Source of the DNA: the human T2T-CHM13v2.0 reference genome, Homo sapiens
Length of the DNA stretch: 64,000 nucleotides
NCBI RefSeq assembly: GCF_009914755.1
Contig: NC_060938.1
Direction: 5' to 3' (one strand)
A program made the translations under genes and the position numbers. Below are positions 52,005 through 64,000 of the stretch, one piece after another. The stretch's first letter is position 1. Each line of letters starts with the position of its first letter. A model generated the notes under the pieces. That model searched no databases and had not been told where the DNA came from. It was given only the letters and a program-made list of their open reading frames with translations.

Positions 52005-55000
52005 GTTTATCTGTGGTGAAACTGCAGCTTTCTTGAGACTTGTCTAGAAATTCTAGAAAGCACTGCCTTAGAATAGGAGAGGTACAGGAAATTTGGAGAG
52101 TCTTTTTCACAAGCACTTCATTTGACAACATTTACTGGTAGTGTATCTTTTTTAAGGTTTTGAAAATATTTTTCATAGTAATTTCTATTGAAAATTATAA
52201 AATTTTCAGAACAGTAGATATTTTGGTCATTTTTTATTCAAATTTAAGATCCTGAAAATGATAAGACAAAGATATACATTTTTTTCTAGGGTCATGGGGG
52301 AGCATTTTCCCCCATATATTTTGATTTTCATTTATGCATGTGTTCTGTACTATTTGAGTGCATATAGAACTTCAGTGGCATTTAGATATTTTGTGGGACC
52401 ACCAGATTAATGAGACACATTGAATAGAATAAACCAGTTAGTATCCATGACTAAAAACATGTTTGAAATAAAATTGAATCTCTCTGAGACAGAAAGGCAA
52501 ACTTATTTTTTCCCCGTAGCACATCCGTTTGTTTAGGGCTGAGTAATCCTTTAAGAATTGCTGAACTTCCCCCAAGTGCTGAAAACCTAATTCTGTTTTA
52601 AAAATAGCTGTAAGTAATTCTGTCCTCATACATATATTTTACATGTTTAACAAAAAAGATTCTTATCTTCATAAACTGTAATGATGTCTTAGGCCCAAAC
52701 TCCAATTAGGGTTGGTTTGTTTTTTTTAAGTTTGTATGCTTAATAACGACAACTTGGGAAGCATTTTCAGAGTGCTGCGAAAAATAACTCATAAGAATAC
52801 AGTATTTGGAAGCACAGAGACTGATTTTTATTTTTTGGATTTCAGTGGAGTGTTAATATTTCAAATACGTGAGAATAGGAAACTTCCTCTTCAGAACTAC
52901 AATCACAGCCGTAAATACAGTAGAGTCATAGCAGTAGATGCAATAGAATCTCATCATGAAACTCCATGAATTTTGAACTAATCACATCACCAAAGGAGCT
53001 CCAATACTGAAAAATGAAATACATTGAAAATATATCTCAAGATGAAATGAAAATTCTAAGTGTTACTAAAGCTTCTGACTAATGTTCTCTGTGATATTCA
53101 TTTCCTTTGAAGTCAACTGTTAATCTCAGCATTCAAAAGTAGTTTGTTTAAATACTGATTTAAAAAAGAAAAATAATTCTGAAGAGTGGTACTTCTGGTA
53201 GACTTTCCTTATTTGTCTTTGTTTTGTTGGTTTACTTTTTCACTTTGCTCCTGCACTTTCTCATGGCATACTAGTTAATAGAACGAGTTTCTCAACCCAG
53301 GCGGGCTGTTTGCACCATCACTAGCTTGGGCAAGTTACTTCTTTGTGCTTCCTTATATTCTGTGAAATAAGTAATATGTACCTCACAGGTTTGTGTAAAG
53401 ATTAAGTGAGGAAATAACTTGTGTAGAATACTACCAAGCATACAGTAGGCATCTAAAAAACAAAGATGTTAGCTGTTTTCATGGATCTCTGCCCAGAGTC
53501 CCTTCCCTGTTTCTGTGTTTCTAACATCTCTCCTCTCAACCTCCCGGGCCCAATTCATTTATTTCACTTTATAATTAGATCAGCAGATATTAACACCTTG
53601 CAACTTGCTATTACCTAATCAGATTTTACCACATTTTAGTCACTTTTTAATATTACTGTTGCTTCTCCATGTTGTTTTTAAAGAGTGCTTTCAACTTCTG
53701 TGTTTTCAGTTGACAGATGTTTTATTTTTTCCCAGAGAAGTTTCTATTAAATGAGTTATATTAGTTTAAAATTAAGTAGAAAAGAATACCTATTTAGTTA
53801 ATGTGCTAAAACTAAGTGATTTATAATGGCTGAATACCTGACATCAAGGTATATCTTCTGGCACTGATTTTGGCTTTGGTGGTTTGGGGCCACTTAACTA
53901 TATGCATGGCTCTTGTGGATGACCCAGTTGCAGCTATTAATTTAGAGTAGAACATGGTGTGTCTTGTTTTAGGAATCTATACTAGGTGTCCATGTCACCC
54001 AAAATCATTTGCAAATTTTTGCTTATGATTGGTCTGTAAGATAAGTGCTTAAACACTTTCTTATGCCATTTATAAAAGACATAAGACAAAAACTGTGGCA
54101 GACAGCTATTTGATCTAGTAAACCTTTTAGTTAAAAACAAAGGCAATATGAGCATTCCTATCAATAGTATATCTTTAAAACTTTTCCAGTTCATTTTATT
54201 GAGCTGATTGTTCTTTTGTATGAATTTAATTAAGATATATTTCCTAACTTAATGTGTATTTGGTAATCTTTTTGTTTCTTTTCTGTATTATATATAATAT
54301 AATGTGTTAAAGTGCTAGTTCTTACATGAAAGTTTACTTGTGATTAAGAAAAAAATAATTTTCATAGTGAATAGAATGGTGGTGGCCTTTGTTTTACTGG
54401 CTTAATCCGTGTGGGTTTTCCCCTATAGTAAGTTCTGTGGTTGTATACTCTTAAAATATATACTAACATTCTCTAGAAAAGAAGCAATGTTTTGCATGTT
54501 TTATTATATTTGTATCTTGTATGTGAGGTCTTCTTTGAGAGAGAAACACGTTTGGTGAGTTCATATTTCTTAAAATATACATGATTCTTCAGACTGGAAT
54601 CTAATGAAATAGTACTCCCATTTGAAAACCAAAGAGTTGAGGGTACAACAAAGGATAAAAGTGATCAGATGATTAGCCAGGGGCTAATAGAAATTCTGGA
54701 AAGAATGACAGATATTATATTAGAAAGAAATAGGATCTCATATTCACTGAAGCTTTCTACAGCTAAAGGTCCAAAAGAAATAATAGAAAATTACTGAAAG
54801 AGATGAATGTCTGAAACTTTAGAAATGCATGTGGTGTTGGATTAATCCAAGCAAGAAAGAAAGATGGGCAGATAATAAATTACATTTTATAGGAAGTCTG
54901 CTTTCCTTGTTTTCAAAGTATTTTGTCTTTTTTCTTTTCTGTCTCTCTCACAAGATATATTTAAGTAAGTCTAGGCCGGTTTCAGAAAATTCAGTTCACA

Positions 55001-55678
55001 ATTTTTATCTTTGCACCATATGTGTAGAGTTCTTTGGAATCGGTAAAATATTATAAAAACTCCAAATCCTTGAATGGAGAAGGTTAGTCTAAACCTTCCT
55101 TCTGTTCTGTGCCAAATTGATAGCATTTTTCCTTACGAGAATATGAACAATACAGAACACATTTTCACATACAATCAGTTGTAATACCCCATAACTAAAA
55201 GATTTTGCAGAAATGTCTCAGTGGATTTTAGTCAACCCACTGAGACATAGCTGTACTTCTGCTAGGGAAAAAGAAATCGTTGTAAACTGAAAAAATATGT
55301 ATATGTATATTTTCATCACAGAGAAGTGATTATTTAACTGTTCTAAATTTTACTTTGACATAAATACATGTTATTTTACTAAAAAAAATTGAGAGTGTAT
55401 GTTTTTGTGTCTATAGTATTATCTATCTCCATACAAATTTACACGCAAAGTAGCATGTATCCTTTTTTTCCTCAAGTTAAATGGTCACATAGCATTGTAA
55501 TCATGAAGTTCAGCTCCTTTCAAATGATGTTGATTGAGAAATATACATTCTTCTTAAACTATTTGAGCCTTTTAATCAATTTTTCCCCAGATTTTTGCCA
55601 TTGAAACTTGACTTTCATTTTTGTTCTTAGCTTTTGTAAGTTTTGTAAGGAGAAAGTGAAATGTTTCCTGATATATAA

Positions 55679-56086
<408 letters not shown>

Positions 56087-56826
56087 TGACTACAAATCTT
56101 CTGAGTTTCTATATATTTAAGCTTAAACTCAAGTATTTACATATGAATGAGTTCTGTATTCTGTAACCATATTAAAACTTTTCCTAGTATTTTTATAGAA
56201 TTTGTTTTTATAGCTACATCAGAATTAGGATCGTTATTAAAGTGCTATAAAAGGTAGTTATTTATCGGACTCTGTTAGATTAAATGTGAGAAATAATGCT
56301 AGCTTCAGGTTATGATTACATAATATAGATGAACCCTGTTAATAAAATGGAATAAAAGTTGGAAGTTTTGTCTTTTTAATATATTTAATGGTTTATATTG
56401 AACTTTCTCTAATCTTTTTAGAGACTAATTTTAAATGTAATTCATTATGTATTCTTTTTTATCCTATAATTATATGTGTTCATAATGCAGGGGTGGGTAG
56501 TAGAGAGAGGAAAAGAAAGGGACAGAGGGAATGAGACTTCTCTGTTGTGGGGAGGCGTCTTTCTCTAGTAAGAAGGAACAGATAATCCAGTTACTAGCCA
56601 TACCTATTAAACTTCTGTGTCTATGTCTGTTGTTGCTAAACTAACCTCTAATGCCTTAGACGGAGTGATAACATATAAGAGAGTTTTTGTAAAACTTTGT
56701 ACAAAATTTCATTTAAAAGTAGCCTGTAATCAAGACTGTTTCTCTTACCTAGTTTGCTTTGGACTTGAAATGTAAACAAAAGATACTTAATGAACTTAAC
56801 AATTGTTATTCTTCTCTACAGTTACT

Positions 56827-56830
<4 letters not shown>

Positions 56831-56864
<34 letters not shown>
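56831..56864. repeat. (TG)17 microsatellite
   Basis: Direct count. Confidence 0.95.
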
Positions 56865-56869
<5 letters not shown>

Positions 56870-56975
56870 ATCTTTGGTATAGTGTGTTATATGTTAATCT
56901 TCCATATGTTGTCATAGCTCTAATGGACATCTCTTTTCCTAGATGGATTATTGTTTAAATGGTTAAGAATCATAG

Positions 56976-57089
<114 letters not shown>

Positions 57090-60000
57090 TAAGAAAAAGT
57101 ATTTTACATTGTGTCCGTTCATGTATTAATTCGATAAATATGTATTAAGCTGTAAATGGCAATACTTGTAGTGGCAGGTAAAATAAATGTAGTCCTTGCC
57201 CTCAAGACAGTTACAAATTAGGCAGAAGTGAAGCAGTAATAGAATAGAAACTACTCAGCCAATGTTTGATTACCCATATGAAAGCGCTGTTCTGTGAACC
57301 ATATGAAGCACCAGATATAATCCTTGCATTCCTTGGGGGTGTGAGATAGGCTAAGACAGGTCTGAGATTGAGATGCTCTTAAGGAGGAATAAAGGGTAAA
57401 TTTCTGGGGATATGCAAGACACAGGTTGGGGATGGGAGAAGGTTGAATATACTGACAGTACGGGTCTTAAACAAAGGAGGAGAGTGAATGATATTGCTGT
57501 CATTTCTCAGCAAATCATAGTGATAAAAAATGTGGCAGTTACAACTATACCTGTTTGAAATTCCTATTATATACCATGGCAAAAAAATAAATTATTTGCA
57601 AGGACTTAATTGTTTCATTTCCTGTTTTTGAACAATATTATAAACAATACTAAACTACATTGTATCTCTTTTATCTTTCTTTAAAAAATGCATCTTACAT
57701 TTTTGACTCACCTCTTTATAGGGAAAAAACAAAATTAATTGTACTTTTCACTGTGTAGAACAAGAACATTCTAGAAAAAGGAACTTGAAAAGACAGAATA
57801 AATCATTTTAATTGCCATCAAGTTATTTCACATAGTTAAGTTTCAAACCACAGTACAAAACCTGTCAGACTTTTAGATTTGAATACTGGGTTGTTCTGCT
57901 TCAATAATTGAACTTGTTCTGGAATGCAAGGAAAGGTTTCAAAAATTAGTTTTTAGCTTTTACATTTCAGCTTCCATTAAAGAATTCTACTTAGACAACT
58001 GCAAATACATATTTGTAAGAAAAGTGTGGTGTACTTTAGATCTGAATAGAAACCATCAAGAAAATGTAGTTAAAAAAAGACAAGTAGAAGTCCTAAATGA
58101 TTTCTCTTCATCAGAAGATATTGTTCCTTTGTATGATACTTTACAGTTAATGAGGTTTCCACATGCATTATCACATCTGATACTCAAAACTACCTTATTT
58201 TATCTACAGCTTTATCTAGTTACATTTTGATTTTATGCTTAGGTTGATAAACAATTCCTATAAGAAATAGCTATGTGAAATTCATTTTTGTATCTGCTGT
58301 AAAAAACATTGAGGGCACCTTCTATTACTCAAATTCTATGTGAGAAATTTATATTTTAGGGTTAAGAACTCAAGGCAATATGAGGTAGAATAAAGAGGGC
58401 TAGACTAAGAGTAAGGAGATATGTGTTCTATCCATTTAATATTCAATAATCTCAGGAACTTAATTTAACTTCTTTTGACTATATAAAGTACTTGGAGCCT
58501 TAGGTTTTTTTATGTGATATAATGGGGGTACCAATATTGCCTTCTCAATAAAGTTGCTGGGATGATCAAGTAAGATATATATACACATGCTAATAGCATG
58601 TGTATAAACAAGCATGTGTGTACACAAACTTACAGCACAGTGTGGAGAATTAAGGAATTCTAATAATTACTATATTAAACGTGGTGTTTCCCTTTTTGCC
58701 CTGACTGCCAGGAAGCTCAGAGTCAAATGTGACACATTTGAATTAATATAACTGTGTTAATTCCAACAGTTGTCACAAGTGTTTTCTTTTTTCTTGATCC
58801 TGAATTTGGTGGCTCCTATTTATATTCTTTTATTGTCATATGTCGGTGGAAAGAGGAGGGATTAGAAATATATGTAATATTTTAGAAATAATTAAAGTAG
58901 TATGTGGCAGAACTGGTATTGAAATTTAGGTCTTCTTTCTCTAAAAGTGATATTTTTACCGTAGCTTCATTTTAAATAATTGGCAAATGATTTACATTGT
59001 TGCATTGATTTTTTTGTTTTTTAAATAAAAATTAAAATGAACTTCCATCTCATTCATATTAATAGAAAATTGATTAAAATGTTATTTTTACATGTTAGAA
59101 ATACATTTTTAAAATCATATACTTCAAAATACTGTGGTCAGTTTGCATCATCTCTGTTATGTTTTAAAATTGTACATCTTTTTAACAACCTTATCTTGTT
59201 TTAAATGTAATATATATTCATTTATTTTTGGCTAATTATATTAACTTACTTGAATGCAGATAAATCATTAGTCTTGAAAGCTTGATGCTAGAAAATAAGT
59301 AAGAAACAAAATATGATAATTGACTTTACTATCCATAAAGGACAGTTTTTTTCTAGATAGACTTACAGTAGGCAGTATTTCTTCTATGAGAGAAACATGA
59401 TATTGATAAGCTTTTATTTTAGGGTTTGATATACAATAAATTTTAATTAAGATCTTTCAGGTATGCTAATTTTCTGGGTTATCTGCGAGCTTGGTGTACC
59501 TTTGAAATATAAATCTTTATAAAGATATCAGAATGAAACTGTGTTCATAATATTCTAATAGAAGTCAGAAGCTATAATACTTATACTGAACTTTCATGAT
59601 ATATCTATATATTTCATAGAATAACTTACATTTTTAAAATCTGTGGCTGTTAAAGTTGGAAGCTCTCTGTTAACATTTAATGATCTTGTCGGGGAATATG
59701 ATTGACACAATTAAGTTGTCTTGCATTTTAGTTACATAATTGATATGGGATGTGAGTAAGATCCTAATTCAGAACATATGATACTCTTGTTCCATTCCTT
59801 TCGAGAATGAAATTAAAGCGACTTATAAATAAATCTGGTTTTCATTAAAATATGGAAAAAAACATCTGCATGCCAAAGCATTTGCAATACAGCTAAGGAT
59901 TTATACTCTATATTTCATACTTGGAACATTTTTATCATACAGGATTAAATCCACAGATCAAACAAGTTCTCTAGGAAGTATAAAGGTTTTTACTCTAATT

Positions 60001-62902
60001 CTTTTGGCTTAAAGAGAATGTATATTTAGATCACAGTAGGAAAACAGGAGTTCTGTTAGATCGTTCTTTATTCCCCCCTTAGGAAAAAATTAAAGTTAGT
60101 ACATTCTTCTGAAATGCTTATTTACAAAATAAATGTATTTAATATGTACTTTTTGAGATTTCTTTTTACTAGTTTGTTTTTCTCAGGCAGCAGTTTTATT
60201 TTGTAAGTTTAATAATTTCTGTTCTTTAGAAAATATCCATTGAGAAACACAATTCATTTGTCTGTGACACACATGTGAAATCTAAACTAATTTTACTGTG
60301 CTTTACTGTGTTGCCTTTATTGTTAATGAATGGTAAAGAAAAGCACTGTATTTAAAATTGGCTTTATTAAGATGAATTATTAAGGATAAGAAATGATTAA
60401 CGATAACCAGTAGCCAAGACAAGGATAGAGAAATTACATTTTACAGTATAATTATTTTTATATTAAGAATTTAAAGTTCAATCCTATGAAAAGGAGAATG
60501 CAAAGCATGATCTTGAAATAAATGAGGTAGTATCTGAAAGTATTTCCATTGCTACTGTCACCTTCCTTTTGCTGATTTTACAGACATATAAAATGAAGTT
60601 GTTGAGCCAGATGATCTCTAAGGTCTCTTCCAGCTCTAACATTCCATAACTGTGATTCTGAGTTACTGCTGGGAGGAGGTAAAGTTATCTTCAGTCCCAC
60701 AGTTCAGTGCTTTGGTCAGTTATATGACTTTTATGGACATAAATGAATTGTGATCTGAAATAGTATAAAGTAACTGGTGTACAGAATTTCAAAAAGTGTT
60801 CCTTTATTCCTGTGCAAGAGAAAAGAGTCCTGGTCCTGGGGATTAAATGCTCCCTTTTGTACAACTTTAGCTTCGTGACATTTTTTTTTCTTTTAAAGAG
60901 TGAAATTGGCTTATAATAATTTTTTGTTTTATTTTATTACGGTAAGAACACTTGACATGAAATCTGCACTCTCAACAGATTTTCAAGTGTATAATGCGGT
61001 ATTGTTATCTACGAGAGACAGCAAAACTAACAGATGGAATCTCCTTTGGTACTCCTTTGGGCATTTTTCCTCCTGGCACTGCAACTGTCTGGGTCTAACA
61101 TTGGGTCCCAGAAGGAAACACATTTCAGACATAGAGCCCTGGGCCTTTTGCCAGCTTCAGAAATTTGGTTGCCAGGTGTTCCTCAATGAAAGATCTTTTG
61201 AAGTTTCTGTTTTGATTCTTACTCAAGAGTGACTAGAAGATAAACACGTTGAGTATCATTTTTGTATTATTGATATGTGTACTCTTTTAGTACTTCCTGC
61301 ATACCAGGAATTGAGGGGCATGTGCAAATGGAGAGAGCAAAGCTTCAGGTCCACTAAAGCTGTAAATACTTATGCATAGGTTATAGTTTCTGGCATATGT
61401 ATTTCCTAATGATACAAATTAGGGTGGAGAAGGGAAAAGTGTCATCATGGTGCTGTTTCTGCAGCTGCTCCTTCTCTTGTTCTGTTAAAGAGGAAGTTGT
61501 CAGCACCCAACAGTAACAATTAAGTTCATGTTAGAAGCCACTGGTTGAAATCCATGTAGAAGACCTTTGCCTAATTTAACATGGCAGTGGGAGACTGGTA
61601 TCTGGCAGAGAATGAAAGAGGATGCGTTATTGCAAAGTGGGAATTTTGAGATTATCTACCAAACAATTTGAAAAAGTCCCTATTGGTCTTTGATGCCCCA
61701 AGCTCCCATTTTTGCATAAGTTTTACTTTGTTACTATTGTGCGTGTGTATGTATGTGTATACACTTAAGTGTAAATATCTGACAGCTACGATAAAGAAAA
61801 TTGAGAAAAAAAAGCAAAGAAAAATCATGCATAACATCTCTAACCTAGTCACTGTCCTTTTAATTCTTTTGAATTTTTCGCAAAAGCTTTCAAAACTATA
61901 GTTAATAATTATATTTATATCATCATCATTTTCCATTTTATTCATTGTGTTTTTTCTTAAAGCCACGTAACATTCCATTGAGTATGCTGTTCTAAATATT
62001 TTCAAATGTTGGGTATATAGAGTTTTCCTCCAGCTTCTCAATATTATAATAATATATTCAACAGCTTCACATACATAGAATTTTCTCTATTTTATTTTCT
62101 TAGATTGCCACTACATTTTTATTGCTCTTGCTACATATAATCATTGTTTTTCCAAGAGATAGTACTAATTGGCACGATCACTAGCAATGTATGAAGTCCA
62201 ATTGTGCCACATCCTTGAATATTTTTGTTTACTAATTTTGCTAGATTAATTGAAACAGTCTCATTATTTCTTTAATTAGCACCAGTGATTGGATTTTCTT
62301 CATGTGTATTTACTAGTTGTATTTCTTTCATGAATTGTTTCTCCTTTGCATACAAATCTATTGAGGTCTTGGGAATTAACTTTAACTTTTAAAAATGTCT
62401 ACATATGTATCTCACATATTGCTCATATTGCTATCACATAAAAATATCTACTTTTTGGTATTTTAAGTATATCCTTCTGGCTTTATATGTGCATCCAGTT
62501 TTGTTTTTTTCAATGAACAAATACAAAATCACGTTAACCTACCTTTTTCTCATTCTGTATTCTAATGCCTTTATATGAAAATTTTAATATTTTACAATTG
62601 GTGATTAATGCCCTTTCCTGAAATTTGGAAAAATGTATATAGAAAACTATAAAGAAGAAAAATGACCTATTATTTTACCACCCAGAGATAATGGCTATCA
62701 ATATATTTTAGTTCCTTTCCATTTTTAATGCATCCATGTTTTTCCTCAAAATTATCATGCTATATACACACAAATATATGATGTTTACTGAATATTCAGT
62801 ATATTGTTATTTCAAAATTATCATGGTCTTGGAGGTTTGTTTTCAATTTTTATTATTTTAAATGTTTTCCGTAAACATCTTTTTATAAAAGTCTTTGTTC
62901 TT

Positions 62903-63178
62903 CAGGAACAGAAAACCAAACACCGCATGTTCTCACTCGTAAGTGAGAGTTGAGCAATGAGAGCACATGAACACAGGGAGGGGAACATCACAGACTGGGG
63001 CCTGTTGGTGGGTGGGGGCAAGGGGAGGGGGAGCATTAGGACAAATACCTAATGCATGCAGGGCTTAAAACCTAGATGACGGGTTGATAGGTGCAGCATA
63101 CCACCATGGCACATGTATACCTACGTAACAAGCCTGCACATTCTGCACATGTTCTACGGAACTTAAATAAAATAAAAA
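62903..63178 (+). mobile_element. L1PA 3' end fragment (older, PA7/8-like)
   Basis: CAGGAACAGAAAACCAAACACCGCATGTTCTCACTC...GGGCTTAAAACCTAGATGACGGGTTGATAGGTGCAGC...AACTTAAATAAAATAAAA. Confidence 0.88.
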
Positions 63179-63521
63179 TTTACAAAAAGTGTATGTTCTT
63201 ATTATTTTTAATAGTCTTTTATAAGTGTTTTCAAGTATATAATTATTTGAAAATTCTTTATATCTATTGCCAAATTGCTTTCCAGAAAGGTAATTTATAT
63301 AATTTGCATTTTCACCAGCTTTTTACACACCTCATCACTCCTCACTAATGTTGACTATTATCTTATTTTTAAATATTTATTAATTCAGTAGTTGGAAATG
63401 GCATCTCTTTGTTTTTATTCATTTCTAAATGTCAATTCATTAATAAGAAAAATAGGATCCCACAAGAACATTTTAATGAAAGGAAGTAGGCTTTTCCTAA
63501 TAGCTGGTTGTAATGGTTATA

Positions 63522-63525
<4 letters not shown>

Positions 63526-63576
<51 letters not shown>
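63526..63576. repeat. (TG)25 microsatellite
   Basis: Direct count. Confidence 0.95.
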
Positions 63577-63577
<1 letters not shown>

Positions 63578-63610
63578 AGAACAAACACTGGAGTCCCATG
63601 CCTAAAGTAG

Positions 63611-63721
<111 letters not shown>

Positions 63722-64000
63722 TAGAGCACATTATTTGTTTAGAAAAAGGAAAGAAGGGAGGGAGGGAAAGAGAGACAAATATTAAGGGGCTTTAAAATTT
63801 CACAGTACCACATTTTTGGCAGAAGGATGGTGGTTGTGTATAATTTTAAACTTGGCCTTATTTTAGGTTGTTCAGCCTTCAGCCCTGCCTAGTTAACCTA
63901 TTACTTGGTTTGCAGTAGTATTTTGTCTGCCCCACTAAAATAAAATCTTTACAGCGGAACATTAAAGAGCAGCCTTTCCTTACAGTGTACCATTAGTGGT

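Noticed and set aside
61652-62041. 129-aa minus-strand ORF and overlapping 77-aa plus-strand ORF
   Set aside because: Low-complexity AT-rich or old L1-like sequence; no domain recognised

Overview
Human-type (primate) genomic DNA, AT-rich and repeat-dense, containing the head-to-head gene pair TRMT5 and SLC38A6 (recognised from protein sequence; from memory, human chr14q23). TRMT5 (tRNA m1G37 methyltransferase, minus strand) is complete: 5 coding exons (7513-7503, 6426-5771, 4178-4054, 2666-2015, 1734-1649) splice by GT-AG into 1530 nt = 509 aa + stop. SLC38A6 (SNAT6 amino-acid transporter, plus strand) starts 305 bp away in the same CpG island; coding exons 1-7 (565 nt) are present and the gene runs off the right edge. 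Its 31-kb intron 3 holds many Alus, L2/MIR/MER relics, MST/MLT1/MER50 LTRs and two L1PA elements in tail-to-tail orientation. I see no new gene system. The most interesting observations are: (1) the two inverted L1s differ at subfamily-type sites yet share non-consensus substitutions and a 4-bp ORF2 frameshift, suggesting gene conversion across a ~2.9-kb inverted repeat; (2) the near-full-length L1 points its antisense promoter and an ORF0 splice donor, in matching phase, at SLC38A6 exon 4; (3) a TRMT5 upstream ORF is either a uORF or an in-frame acidic N-terminal extension depending on donor choice; (4) SLC38A6 has uORFs, a candidate poison exon and (TG)n tracts before exons 6 and 7. Repeat boundaries and subfamily names are by eye and from recalled consensus sequences, so they are approximate.
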